64,000 nt of DNA, taken from Ruminococcaceae bacterium UBA6845 (GTDB lineage: Bacteria > Bacillota > Clostridia > Oscillospirales > Acutalibacteraceae). The notes under the pieces are model-generated. The model made no database searches. It was given only the letters and a program-made list of their open reading frames with translations, and was not told where the DNA came from. Location: NCBI GenBank assembly GCA_002449395.1, contig DKDP01000033.1:106113-170112 (forward strand). Direction: 5' to 3'. Both the position numbers and the translations under genes were made by a program. Of this stretch, positions 11,107 through 21,037 are shown one piece after another; position 1 is the stretch's first letter; every line of letters begins with the position of its first letter.

Positions 11107-13320
11107 ATGAATAAATACAGAACGGTTATAAAAACAAATAAATTTCCTCAGCTCACACGCAGGGTTTTCACAACGGCGGACGGGCTGAAATCGGATAACA
11201 TTACCGCAATGCGCTTTGACAACAACGGCGTTCTTTTCGTCGGTACGGATAAGGGTCTTGCACGTTTTGACGGTGAGAAATTTTCTCCCGTTGCGATCGG
11301 CGCAAAGGATCCGTCAATTTCAATGATTTATTTCAACGAAAAAAATCATATGTTTGTCGGCGTAGGCAACTCGATGCTTGAATTTGACGGCAAGAAGAAA
11401 GTATCCGAGAAAAAATTCAGCTCCAAGCTCGTTGACGTCAAGGTTGATCTTGACGGTGCAACGTGGATTCTTACCGAGAGTGTTCTCTACAAGCTCGGTG
11501 AAAACGGCTATGATATCGAAATAGGTGTTCCCGGAAAGGGAAGCTGTCTTGCCGTTTATAAAAACAACAAGGTTTATGTCGGAACAGAGGGCGGCGGACT
11601 TCACGCTCTCGTCGGCAAGCGCTGGCACTGGTCGGAGCTTATGGAGGGTGTAACGGGTATTCTCAGCAACACGATCACCTGCCTTTACATAGATCCCGTC
11701 GGCAGCATCTGGGTCGGCACCGACAAGGGCGTTTGCGTATATGACGACAGCAGCTATTGGCTCGATCATTCAAAAATCGACGGTCTGCCCGAGGCTCATA
11801 TTACGGGTATGGCGATCGCCGAAAACGGAGATAAATATTTTTCGACAACAACAGGTCTCATTCATCAGCACAACGGCAGACTTTCCTACTACGGCTACAA
11901 GCGCTGGCTTCCGAGCCCAAATGCAACGGGAGTTGCGATTTCTCCCGACGGCTCCGTCTGCGTTTCGACCGACAAGGGCATCAGCCTCTTTGAGACTAAG
12001 ATGATATCACTTAGAGAAAAGGCAGCAATACTCCGTGCTCAGACGGAGAAATATAACGTTCGTTACGGCTATGTTATTGACCGTGACCTTGAGCACGAGG
12101 GAGTTCTCTCAACGGACGAGGGTCACATCCTCGCCTCCGACAACGAGGGACTTTGGACAGGACTTTATGTTGCGGCGCTTTGCTTTGAATATGCCTGCAC
12201 AAAGGATCCCGAGGTTCGCAAGGACGCTCACAGAAGCCTGCTTGCGATGATCCGCCTGACCGAGATTACGGGCATTGAGGGATTTTTTGCACGTGCGATA
12301 AGATATGCCGACGCAGTTGACTACGGCACAGGCGCACGCCACGAATGGCACGTCACAAAGGATGCCGAGGGCAGGGAGTGCGAATGGCTCGGAGAGACCT
12401 CCTCGGACGAGGTTGTCGGTCATTTTTACTGCTATGCTAACTATTTCGACCTTGTTGCCGACGATGAGGAAAAGAAGCTCATTGCCGACACGGTAAGGAA
12501 GATACTCGACCATATAATCGACCACAATTTCCATCTTGTCGACACCGACGGACTGCCGACCACATGGGCAAACTGGGATCCCGACCTGCTCAACAACGAT
12601 CACAAGTGGGTCTATGAAAAGGGCACGAACTCACTCCAGATGCTCACATTTCTGAAGATCGGATACCATATCACGGGCGACGAAAAGTACGAAAAGCTCT
12701 TTGTTGAGCTCGCCGGCAAAAAGCACTTTGCAATGAATCTTATGCAGTATAAGATTCCCGACGGACATCTTCTGCACATTGACGACAACCACGATTTTCT
12801 GATGATTTCGCTTCTGATGAAATATACGGATGATCCGAACCTCCGTTCAATCTTCGCAATGGGACTGGCCCATCACTGGGAGGACGAAAAAGTCGAAAGA
12901 AACGCATTTTTCAACTTTGTCTACGGCGCAGTAACGGGCGAGTGGTACAATGCGGATGATTGCATTGATGAGCTTATGGATATGCCGACAGATCAGGTTA
13001 TGTGGCAGCTTTACAACAGCTATCGCAAGGATCTGAAATGGGATATGGCTCCGGCGGATATCGGTATGCCGCCTCAGCTCTTTGAACCGCTTCCGGCTCA
13101 CGAGAGAAGAATAACAAGCAACGACAGCAACCGCTTCACCGTTGATAGCGGTGCGGAGGACGTCGCTCAGGAGATATTCAAAAAATCCGACGAGCCGACA
13201 GCTTACACGATGTTCCCGGGAACAGGCAACGACAAGGGACTTGTACTGAAAACCTGCACAAACTTTACTCATCCTTACTGGTTTGCAAGATATTACGGTC
13301 TTATTGAGGACTGCGAATAA
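11107..13320 (+). CDS. hypothetical cytoplasmic protein: N-terminal beta-propeller (two-component-regulator propeller-type repeats) plus a ~400-aa helical domain of unknown function
   Basis: Repeats of the GT(D/T)KGL..(F/Y)D type occur (VLFVGTDKGLARFD, SIWVGTDKGVCVYD, SVCVSTDKGISLFE). No signal peptide. I did not recognise the C-terminal domain. Confidence 0.55.
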   Translation: MNKYRTVIKTNKFPQLTRRVFTTADGLKSDNITAMRFDNNGVLFVGTDKGLARFDGEKFSPVAIGAKDPSISMIYFNEKNHMFVGVGNSMLEFDGKKKVSEKKFSSKLVDVKVDLDGATWILTESVLYKLGENGYDIEIGVPGKGSCLAVYKNNKVYVGTEGGGLHALVGKRWHWSELMEGVTGILSNTITCLYIDPVGSIWVGTDKGVCVYDDSSYWLDHSKIDGLPEAHITGMAIAENGDKYFSTTTGLIHQHNGRLSYYGYKRWLPSPNATGVAISPDGSVCVSTDKGISLFETKMISLREKAAILRAQTEKYNVRYGYVIDRDLEHEGVLSTDEGHILASDNEGLWTGLYVAALCFEYACTKDPEVRKDAHRSLLAMIRLTEITGIEGFFARAIRYADAVDYGTGARHEWHVTKDAEGRECEWLGETSSDEVVGHFYCYANYFDLVADDEEKKLIADTVRKILDHIIDHNFHLVDTDGLPTTWANWDPDLLNNDHKWVYEKGTNSLQMLTFLKIGYHITGDEKYEKLFVELAGKKHFAMNLMQYKIPDGHLLHIDDNHDFLMISLLMKYTDDPNLRSIFAMGLAHHWEDEKVERNAFFNFVYGAVTGEWYNADDCIDELMDMPTDQVMWQLYNSYRKDLKWDMAPADIGMPPQLFEPLPAHERRITSNDSNRFTVDSGAEDVAQEIFKKSDEPTAYTMFPGTGNDKGLVLKTCTNFTHPYWFARYYGLIEDCE

Positions 13321-13332
13321 GGAGTGAATGAA

Positions 13333-14664
13333 ATGGGGAAAAAGATTATTGTTGCCGGAGGAGGTCACGGCGGAATCGCCGCCGCAGCCATCCTTGCCGA
13401 GCAAGGCTTCGACGTCACGGTTTACGAGAGAAACAAGCGTGAGGATATGGGCTATGACTGGACGGATATTTTCGACCGCAAGGGTCTTTTGGTCTGCGGA
13501 ATGGAAATGCCGACCGAGGATAAATACCGTCTGAAAAACGATATGACTTTCTTCAGTCCGTCACGCAAGAAAAAGATAAAACAGCATGTTCCCGAGGATC
13601 AGCTTGAGATCCAGATGGAGCGCAAGGATATTTACGACCACATCATCGCTCACGCCGAAAAATGCGGAGTCAAATTTGTTTATGAAACCGAAATTCTCGC
13701 CCCCGTTATGCTCGGCGGCAGAGTTGCGGGCATAAAAACCGAGGATGAGACTGTCTATGCCGACCTTGTAATCGACGCCGCAGGAATCAATTCACCTATC
13801 CGCAAAAATCTTCCCGATGCGCTCGGAATCCAGAAAGAGCCCGATAAATACGATACTTTCTACGTCTACCGCGCATTTTATAACAAAACAGCACCCGTCG
13901 AGGACGATAAATACAGGGTTTATCTTCTCTTTGACAACGAACAGCAGATTTGCTGGGTTGCCGACGATGAGGAATATACCGATGTCCTGATCGGCAGATT
14001 TACTCCGCTGACCGACGAAGAGGTTGAGAAAACTCTCGGAAAGCTCCGTGAGCTTAACGACGACCTCGGCACGGAGCGTCTCAGAGGCGGACAGTATGTC
14101 ACAATCCCCGTCCGTCAGCCGCTCGGACTTCTCGTTGCGGACGGATATGCGGCGATCGGCGACAGTGCGTTTATGACCGTTCCGATCATCGGTTCGGGAA
14201 TCGCAAACAGCTTTAAGGCGGCAAGACTTCTTGCTGACGCAGTGCTTGCCGATACCGATGAGCTTTTCAGCGCCGACACACTGTGGAAATATCAGCGAGA
14301 TTTTTATAAAAAGCTCGGTTCGGGACTTGCTCCGATTGCGATCATCAAGCTGATGGTTGCACGCTTCTCTCCAAAGGATCTCGACTATTTCTTCGATAAC
14401 GACATCCTCAATTCCGAGGATATGACGATCGGAGCAGACACGAACAGCATAATGTGCTTTATTGAAAAGCTGATGAATTTCAATTCGCTCAAGCTCAAGG
14501 TAAAGGGTGTAATGAGCGACTTCGTGCTTTCAAAAAAGGTTCTCGGAATGAATACGAGAATCGCCGCCGTTATGGCGATAACAAAGGCTATGCCCGTTCG
14601 ATACGACCGCAAGCGTGTGCAGTCGTGGGTCGAGGGATATAATAAATGCTTTAAAATTGATTAA
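13333..14664 (+). CDS. FAD-dependent oxidoreductase (geranylgeranyl-reductase/FixC-like flavoprotein)
   Basis: Dinucleotide-binding motif KIIVAGGGHGGIAAAAILAEQGFDVTVYER and a later GD motif, AAIGDSAF. ATG 13333 chosen (AAGGAG at 13319-13324); the track ORF begins at GTG 13324. Confidence 0.72.
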   Translation: MGKKIIVAGGGHGGIAAAAILAEQGFDVTVYERNKREDMGYDWTDIFDRKGLLVCGMEMPTEDKYRLKNDMTFFSPSRKKKIKQHVPEDQLEIQMERKDIYDHIIAHAEKCGVKFVYETEILAPVMLGGRVAGIKTEDETVYADLVIDAAGINSPIRKNLPDALGIQKEPDKYDTFYVYRAFYNKTAPVEDDKYRVYLLFDNEQQICWVADDEEYTDVLIGRFTPLTDEEVEKTLGKLRELNDDLGTERLRGGQYVTIPVRQPLGLLVADGYAAIGDSAFMTVPIIGSGIANSFKAARLLADAVLADTDELFSADTLWKYQRDFYKKLGSGLAPIAIIKLMVARFSPKDLDYFFDNDILNSEDMTIGADTNSIMCFIEKLMNFNSLKLKVKGVMSDFVLSKKVLGMNTRIAAVMAITKAMPVRYDRKRVQSWVEGYNKCFKID

Positions 14665-14675
14665 GGAGTGTTAAA

Positions 14676-16001
14676 ATGTTTTCCTTTATGAACTGTATCG
14701 GTCAGCTCCTCAGCGGATTTCTGACCATCGTTTTCACGGCTCTGTTCAGCCTTTCGTCGCTTCTCGGCGGAATCAAGCAGGAGCTTCCGAAAACTCCCGA
14801 GGATTTCACACCCGTTCTTCGTTTTGTCGTTTGCAGTGACGTTCATCTCGACTGCACAAACGACCAGAACAGAGAAACAAAATTCCAGGCTGTTTTCACC
14901 GACTCATACAAGTATGCCGCAAAGAGCAGCTACAAAAAGGTTGACGCCGTAATCGTCGCCGGTGACTTTGCAAACAGAGGTCGTGACGAGGAATATATCC
15001 GTTTCAACGAGCTTGTCAACAAGAATATTAAGCCGGAAACTCAGCTTTTGACCTGCCTCGGCAACCACGAATTTATCAGCTACCGTGACTACGACGCAAC
15101 AATCGCATATGAAAGATACAAGGCTCTCATCAATGAGAACATTGATACTCACGTTGTGATCAACGGCTATCATTTCATCGGCGTTTCCTATGATGACAAC
15201 GGCAAGACATTCAAGGGTAAGACCGAATGGCTTGACGCTCAGCTTAAAGAGGCGTCAAAGGACACTCCCGACAAGCCGATCTTCGTTTATCAGCATCCTC
15301 ATCCGACAGCTACGGTTTACGGCAGCATCAACTGGAGCGATGTTGATATCAGAGCGGTTCTTACAAAATATCCGCAGGTCATCGACTTCTCGGGTCACTC
15401 ACATTACACCTCGACCGATCCCCGCTGTGTATGGCAGGGCTCATTCACAGCAATCGGAACAGGTTCGACCTGCGCTCTTATGAGCAACCTTAACTACTTC
15501 GGTCACGATGAGGACGCACCCGGTGACAGCGGCGCATGCTGGATCGTTGAGGTCGACGCAAGCGGCAACACGAGACTTCAGCTTTGGGATCTTGCAAATC
15601 ATCAGTTCTTTGAGAAGAACGAATATTATTTTGTTAACAGCACCAAACCGACAACCCATAAATATACATGGGGCAACCTCAAATCTCTTGATACCGCTCC
15701 GCAGTTCCCCGAGGGAGCAACGATTACGGCAAAGAGAAACGCCGAGGGTAATGTTGTTCTCAGCTTCCCCGACGCAACAGCTTATTGGGGAGCGGAAAAC
15801 TACAAGATTTCCGTCACAAAGGGATTGGTTAAGGACGTTTGGTCACAGACCGTTGTTTCAAACTATGTCCGCACCGTTTCCGACGGAATGAATGTCGACA
15901 TCGGCAATCTGGAGGCAGGCACATACACCGTTCGCATCAAGCCGTACAGCCCGTATGCCAAGGGCGGCAAAACCCTTAAAGCAACAATCACGGTTGAATA
16001 A
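14676..16001 (+). CDS. membrane-anchored or secreted calcineurin-like metallophosphoesterase
   Basis: Hydrophobic N-terminus followed by the metallophosphoesterase motifs SDVHLD, GDFANRG, GNHE and GHSHY. The C-terminal ~100 aa look beta-sandwich-like. Confidence 0.8.
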   Translation: MFSFMNCIGQLLSGFLTIVFTALFSLSSLLGGIKQELPKTPEDFTPVLRFVVCSDVHLDCTNDQNRETKFQAVFTDSYKYAAKSSYKKVDAVIVAGDFANRGRDEEYIRFNELVNKNIKPETQLLTCLGNHEFISYRDYDATIAYERYKALINENIDTHVVINGYHFIGVSYDDNGKTFKGKTEWLDAQLKEASKDTPDKPIFVYQHPHPTATVYGSINWSDVDIRAVLTKYPQVIDFSGHSHYTSTDPRCVWQGSFTAIGTGSTCALMSNLNYFGHDEDAPGDSGACWIVEVDASGNTRLQLWDLANHQFFEKNEYYFVNSTKPTTHKYTWGNLKSLDTAPQFPEGATITAKRNAEGNVVLSFPDATAYWGAENYKISVTKGLVKDVWSQTVVSNYVRTVSDGMNVDIGNLEAGTYTVRIKPYSPYAKGGKTLKATITVE

Positions 16002-16016
16002 TCAAATTTTAAAAAA

Positions 16017-16054
16017 CGACTGCATCTGTTAAAAGCTGATGCAGTCGCTTTTTT
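16017..16054 (+). terminator. intrinsic terminator ending the 11.1-16.0 kb operon
   Basis: A 10-bp perfect stem (cgactgcatc / gatgcagtcg) followed by a T6 run. Confidence 0.8.
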
Positions 16055-16179
16055 ATATATGTCACATCATCGCCGGTCTTTTTTCTGTATAATAATTCAT
16101 TCACAATAATTGTTGCAATTTAAAAGCTAAATAGATAATAATATCAAAATTAAGCGGTAAAGTTTGAAATTCTTTGACA

Positions 16180-16208
16180 TTGACAAAAAAGCGACAAATT
16201 ACTACAAT
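16180..16208 (+). promoter_or_regulatory. sigma-A-type promoter for azlCD
   Basis: TTGACA (16180-16185), 17-nt spacer, TACAAT (16203-16208). A second overlapping TTGACA lies at 16174-16179. Confidence 0.5.
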
Positions 16209-16249
16209 ATTTATTACTGTGAATAATTATACGTTTGAGAAGGGACATT

Positions 16250-16960
16250 ATGAAAAAAAAGAAAGTAATTATTGACGCTTTTAAGGCCGCATTTCCACAC
16301 ACAATACCCATTCTTGCGGGCTTTTCGTTTCTCGGATTTTCATTCGGTGTTTTGATGAATGTTTCGGGATTCAGCTTTTGGTATCCGTTTGTAATGAGCA
16401 TTGTTGTTTTCGGCGGATCAATTGAATTTGTTGCCGTGTCAATGCTTCTTAGCCCGTTCGCTCCGATCCAGACATTTATTATGTCATTGATGATTCAGGC
16501 GAGACATCTTTTTTACGGTCTGTCAATGCTCGACAAGTACAAAAATGTCGGCATTAAAAAATATTATCTGATTTTCGGAATGTGCGACGAAACATTCTCA
16601 ATCAACTGCTCTGCACAGATTCCCGAGGGAATTGACAAGGGCTGGTTTATGACGGCGGTAACTCTGCTCGACCATCTCTACTGGATCAACGGTTCACTGA
16701 TCGGCGGACTTGTCGGATCGCTCATCCCATTTGACACAAAGGGTCTTGATTTTGTTATGACGGCTATGTTTGTTGTAATTTTCCTTGACCAATTGATGAA
16801 AGAAAAGAAGCATTACACATCGCTGATCGGACTTTTCGCATCGGTTGTATGTCTGCTCATCTTCGGCGCCGATTCGTTTATGATTCCGACAATGATTTTG
16901 ATACTTTTGCTTCTTGGATTACTGCGTAAGCCGATTGAGAGAGGGGGCGGACTGGAATGA
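16250..16960 (+). CDS. azlC: AzlC-family branched-chain amino acid transport protein
   Basis: Polytopic membrane protein with AzlC-like sequence, paired with a small azlD-like gene that overlaps its stop codon. Confidence 0.82.
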   Translation: MKKKKVIIDAFKAAFPHTIPILAGFSFLGFSFGVLMNVSGFSFWYPFVMSIVVFGGSIEFVAVSMLLSPFAPIQTFIMSLMIQARHLFYGLSMLDKYKNVGIKKYYLIFGMCDETFSINCSAQIPEGIDKGWFMTAVTLLDHLYWINGSLIGGLVGSLIPFDTKGLDFVMTAMFVVIFLDQLMKEKKHYTSLIGLFASVVCLLIFGADSFMIPTMILILLLLGLLRKPIERGGGLE

Positions 16961-17289
16961 CAGTTACTCAGCAGATTATAACGATAGCAATTACGGCGGT
17001 TGCAACGATTATTACAAGATTTCTTCCGTTCGCCGTTTTTCAGTCGAAGAAAAGAGAAACTCCGAAATTCATTGAATACCTCGGCAAGGCATTGCCTGCG
17101 GCGGTGTTTGCAATGCTTGTCGTTTATTGCCTCAGAAATGTTGAAATTCTTTCCGGAACACACGGATTGCCCGAACTGATAGCGATTATAGTTGTCATTC
17201 TTCTTCACCTTTGGAAGAAGCAGATGCTCCTCTCAATCGCAGGCGGCACGGTTTGCTATATGCTCCTTGTTCAGTTTGTGTTCAAATGA
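16957..17289 (+). CDS. azlD: AzlD-family branched-chain amino acid transport protein
   Basis: 110-aa protein with 3-4 TM segments. It overlaps azlC by 4 nt (ATGA), the classic azlCD arrangement. Confidence 0.78.
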   Translation: MTVTQQIITIAITAVATIITRFLPFAVFQSKKRETPKFIEYLGKALPAAVFAMLVVYCLRNVEILSGTHGLPELIAIIVVILLHLWKKQMLLSIAGGTVCYMLLVQFVFK

Positions 17290-17301
17290 GGCTTGATAAA
17301 A

Positions 17302-17365
17302 CCTTACTCCCTCAGTCACGGATACGCCGTGACAGCTCCCCCGGAGGAGGAGCCCACGCTCAAAG
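17302..17365 (-). repeat. GC-rich hairpin repeat, type A (inverted copy of 33300-33359)
   Basis: The reverse complement reads ctttgagcgtgggctcctcctccgggggagctgtc-[acggcgtatccgtgac]-tgagggagtaagg. The 35-nt and 13-nt flanks are identical to the 33.3-kb copy. Only the central hairpin differs. Confidence 0.85.
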
Positions 17366-17636
17366 ATAAATTCTGCTGATATTTTATCTTGTTTTTCCTC
17401 TAGGCAGAAGTCTTGTAAAGCCCATCTGTAATGCTCAATATATACCCAACAAATGATATAGACATTGCCGTATCATATGTGTTATAATATTTTATATTCG
17501 GTATATCCTTTTATCCGACAACATTTTCTTAAAACGCATTGACTTCATCGGTTAAAAGTGGTAAAGTATTCTATAATACAATTATAATTAAATTTCCCGA
17601 TACAGCAGGAAGTTACAATATTCAGAGGTGTTAAAA

Positions 17637-19274
17637 ATGGTTATTACCGAGCTTCTTGAAAGAAACGCTCGTCTTTATCCCTCGGACACAGCTCTCGTTG
17701 AGGTCAATCCCTCCGTTGAGCGTGACAACGCCGTAACCTGGCGTGAGGCAAGTCTTATCGAAAGTGCAAGTCCCGGAGCTCCGTACCGCCGTGAGCTTTC
17801 CTGGAAAGACTTTGACCGCAGGGCAAACAGATTTGCAAATCTTCTGCTCAGCAGAAACATAAAAAGAGGAACCAAGGTTGCAATTCTTATGATGAACTGC
17901 ATTGAATGGCTGCCGATTTATTTTGGAATCCTCAAGGCGGGCTGTATTGCCGTGCCGATGAACTACCGCTATTCAAGCGATGAAATAAAATACTGTCTTG
18001 AGCTGGCAGACGTTGAAGTCTTTATCTTCGGACCCGAATTTATCAGCCGAGTTGACCCGATACATAATGATCTTAAAAATATCAAAATCACTCTTTTCGT
18101 CGGCAGTGATACACCCGAATATGCGGAGAACTGTATGACGCTTATTCGCTATTGTTCGTCGTCGCTTCCGCCGATCGCTTTGGACGAGAACGACCACGCC
18201 GCAATTTATTTTTCATCGGGCACAACGGGATTTCCTAAGGCGATTCTTCATCGCCATAAGGCGCTCTACTGCTCGTGTCTGACGGAGCAAAAGCATCACG
18301 GGCAGACTAAAGACGACGTTTTCCTTTGCATTCCGCCGCTTTATCACACGGGCGCAAAAATGCACTGGTTCGGCAGTCTGCTCTCGGGCAGCAAAACCGT
18401 TATTCTCAGAGGAATCAAACCCGAATGGATTCTTCGCACGATTACGGAGGAGAAGTGCACTATCGTTTGGCTTCTCGTTCCGTGGGCGCAGGACATTCTG
18501 GACGCAATAGATTCGGGCAGGATCAATCTTGACCATTATCTGCTCGATCAGTGGAGACTTATGCACATCGGTGCACAGCCTGTTCCGCCGAGCCTTATCC
18601 ACAGATGGAAGAAAATTTTTCCGCATCATCAGTACGACACAAACTACGGACTCAGCGAGTCACTCGGACCGGGCTGCGTTCACCTCGGCGTTGAGAATAT
18701 TGACAAGGTCGGCGCAATCGGCAAGGCAGGCTATCTTTGGGAGACGAAAATTATCGACGACCACGGCGAACCCGTCAAGCAGGGTGAAGTCGGTGAGCTT
18801 GCGGTTAAAGGACCGGGCGTTATGCTCGAATACTACAACAACCCGAAAGCGACCGAGGAAATTCTCAAGGGCGACTGGCTCTACACGGGCGATATGGCAC
18901 GTGAGGATGAGGACGGATTTATCTACCTCGTTGACCGTAAAAAGGACGTTGTTATCTCGGGCGGCGAGAATATTTATCCCGTTCAGATCGAGGACTTCCT
19001 GCGCAGAAACGATAAAATCAAGGACGTTGCCGTTATCGGTATTCCCGATCACAGACTCGGCGAAATTACAGCCGCAATTATTGAAATCAAGGACGGTATG
19101 ACCTGTACCGAGGAAGAGATCAACGAATTCTGCGAGGAGCTTCCGAGATACAAGCGTCCGAAGAGGATTATATTTGAAAAAGTTCCCCGTAACCCGACGG
19201 GAAAGATAGAAAAACCTGTACTCAGGGCAAAGTACTGCAAGGGCAGACTTGTCGAGAGCCAGATTACAGGCTAA
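17637..19274 (+). CDS. AMP-forming acyl-CoA synthetase / ligase (FadD-like)
   Basis: AMP-binding motif YFSSGTTGFPKAILH plus the YTGD and GKIEK motifs. ATG 17637 chosen (AGAGG upstream). Confidence 0.85.
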   Translation: MVITELLERNARLYPSDTALVEVNPSVERDNAVTWREASLIESASPGAPYRRELSWKDFDRRANRFANLLLSRNIKRGTKVAILMMNCIEWLPIYFGILKAGCIAVPMNYRYSSDEIKYCLELADVEVFIFGPEFISRVDPIHNDLKNIKITLFVGSDTPEYAENCMTLIRYCSSSLPPIALDENDHAAIYFSSGTTGFPKAILHRHKALYCSCLTEQKHHGQTKDDVFLCIPPLYHTGAKMHWFGSLLSGSKTVILRGIKPEWILRTITEEKCTIVWLLVPWAQDILDAIDSGRINLDHYLLDQWRLMHIGAQPVPPSLIHRWKKIFPHHQYDTNYGLSESLGPGCVHLGVENIDKVGAIGKAGYLWETKIIDDHGEPVKQGEVGELAVKGPGVMLEYYNNPKATEEILKGDWLYTGDMAREDEDGFIYLVDRKKDVVISGGENIYPVQIEDFLRRNDKIKDVAVIGIPDHRLGEITAAIIEIKDGMTCTEEEINEFCEELPRYKRPKRIIFEKVPRNPTGKIEKPVLRAKYCKGRLVESQITG

Positions 19275-19295
19275 ACAGCAAACGGAGGTTATATA

Positions 19296-21035
19296 ATGAA
19301 GCAGTTGATGCTCGGCAACGAAGCGGTTGCCAGAGGACTTTACGAAGCAGGCTGTTCCTTTGTTTCCAGTTATCCGGGTACCCCGAGTACGGAAATTACC
19401 GAATATGCCGCAAAGTACAAAGAGATCTATGCGGAGTGGGCGCCCAATGAAAAGGTAGCTGTTGAGGCGGCTTTCGGTGCGTGCGTTGCAGGCAAGAGGA
19501 GCTTCTGTTCGATGAAGCACGTCGGTCTGAATGTTGCCGCCGACCCCGTTTTCACAATTTCATACACGGGCGTTAACGCAGGTATGATTATCGGTGTTGC
19601 AGACGACGCAGGTATGCACAGCTCACAGAACGAGCAGGATTCACGTCACTATGCAATTGCCGCAAAGCTCCCGATGCTTGAGCCGGCAGACGCAGGCGAA
19701 TCGCTCAGCTTTACAAAGCTTGCATATGAAATTTCAGAGAAATATGACACACCCGTTTTCATTAAAATGTGCACACGAGTTGCTCACTCTCAGAGCGTTA
19801 TTGAAACCTCGGACAGGGTTGAGACCTCAAAGACATATGAAAAAGACGGTGCAAAATATATTATGATGCCAGGCAATGCAAAGCGCCGCCACCCGATTGT
19901 TGAGGCAAGAACCGCCGCTCTCACAGAGTATGCGGAAACTGCCCCGTTCAACCGCATTGAGGACGGCAGCGACCATTCGATCGGTATCATCACATCAAGC
20001 ACAAGCTACCAGTACGCAAAGGAAGTCTGCGGCGACAAATATCCCGTTCTCAAAATCGGTATGATCAATCCTCTGCCGATCAAGAAGATTCAGGAGTTTG
20101 CAAAGTCCGTTGACAAGGTAATTGTTATTGAGGAGCTTGACAGCATAATCGAAACTCACTGCCGCAACATCGGCGTTGAGGTAACAGGCAAGGAGCTGTT
20201 CAGCTGTATTGACGAGCTGAGTCAGAACATCGTTGCCGAAAAGCTCGGATTTACTCCCGACTGCGGAAAGAAGCTCGACGAAAACATTCCGGCAAGACCT
20301 CCGGTTATGTGCGCAGGCTGTCCGCACAGAGGACTTTTCTATACACTTAAAAAGAATAAGCTCACCGTTTTCGGCGATATCGGCTGCTACACGCTTGGCG
20401 CGGTTCCGCCGCTTGCCGCAATCGACACAACCATTTGTATGGGTGCTTCTGTTTCCGGCATTCATGGCTTCAACAAGGCTAACGAGGGCAAGAGTGACGG
20501 AAAAACGGTTGCCGTCATCGGTGATTCAACATTTATGCACTCCGGCGTAACGGGACTTATCAACATTGCATACAACGAATCAAATTCAACGGTTATTATT
20601 CTTGACAACTCAATTACGGGTATGACGGGTCATCAGCAGAACCCGACAACAGGCTTTAACCTCAAGGGTGATCCGTGCACAAAGATTGACCTTGAAACCC
20701 TTTGCCGTTCTGTCGGCATCAAGAGGGTAAGAGTTGTTGATCCGTATAACCTCAAGCAGTGCGACGACGCAGTTAAGGAAGAGCTTGCGGCAGACGAGCC
20801 GTCGGTCATCATTTCAAGAAGACCGTGCGCACTTCTTAAATACGTTAAGCATAACGGACCGATCACTGCTGATGCGGATAAATGTATCGGATGTAAGTCG
20901 TGTATGAAGATTGGCTGTCCCGCCATCAGCATTGTTGAAGGTAAGGTTAAGATCGACGCAACACTTTGTACGGGATGCGGCGTTTGCGGTCAGCTCTGCA
21001 AGCTCGGCGCACTTCCGAACGGAAAGGAGTCCTGA
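19296..21035 (+). CDS. iorA: indolepyruvate:ferredoxin oxidoreductase alpha subunit
   Basis: MLGNEAVARGLYEAGC..SSYPGTPSTEI, a TPP-binding region, and a C-terminal 2x[4Fe-4S] CxxCxxC...CP motif. Confidence 0.9.
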   Translation: MKQLMLGNEAVARGLYEAGCSFVSSYPGTPSTEITEYAAKYKEIYAEWAPNEKVAVEAAFGACVAGKRSFCSMKHVGLNVAADPVFTISYTGVNAGMIIGVADDAGMHSSQNEQDSRHYAIAAKLPMLEPADAGESLSFTKLAYEISEKYDTPVFIKMCTRVAHSQSVIETSDRVETSKTYEKDGAKYIMMPGNAKRRHPIVEARTAALTEYAETAPFNRIEDGSDHSIGIITSSTSYQYAKEVCGDKYPVLKIGMINPLPIKKIQEFAKSVDKVIVIEELDSIIETHCRNIGVEVTGKELFSCIDELSQNIVAEKLGFTPDCGKKLDENIPARPPVMCAGCPHRGLFYTLKKNKLTVFGDIGCYTLGAVPPLAAIDTTICMGASVSGIHGFNKANEGKSDGKTVAVIGDSTFMHSGVTGLINIAYNESNSTVIILDNSITGMTGHQQNPTTGFNLKGDPCTKIDLETLCRSVGIKRVRVVDPYNLKQCDDAVKEELAADEPSVIISRRPCALLKYVKHNGPITADADKCIGCKSCMKIGCPAISIVEGKVKIDATLCTGCGVCGQLCKLGALPNGKES

Positions 21036-21037
21036 TT

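Noticed and set aside
18660-19520. Long antisense ORFs opposite real genes (this 286-aa one; also 53743-54570, 6132-6653, 12847-13404, 881-region plus-strand ORFs)
   Set aside because: They lie entirely opposite well-supported conserved CDSs, have low-complexity Arg/Ser/Cys-rich products and have no RBS. They are typical shadow ORFs.
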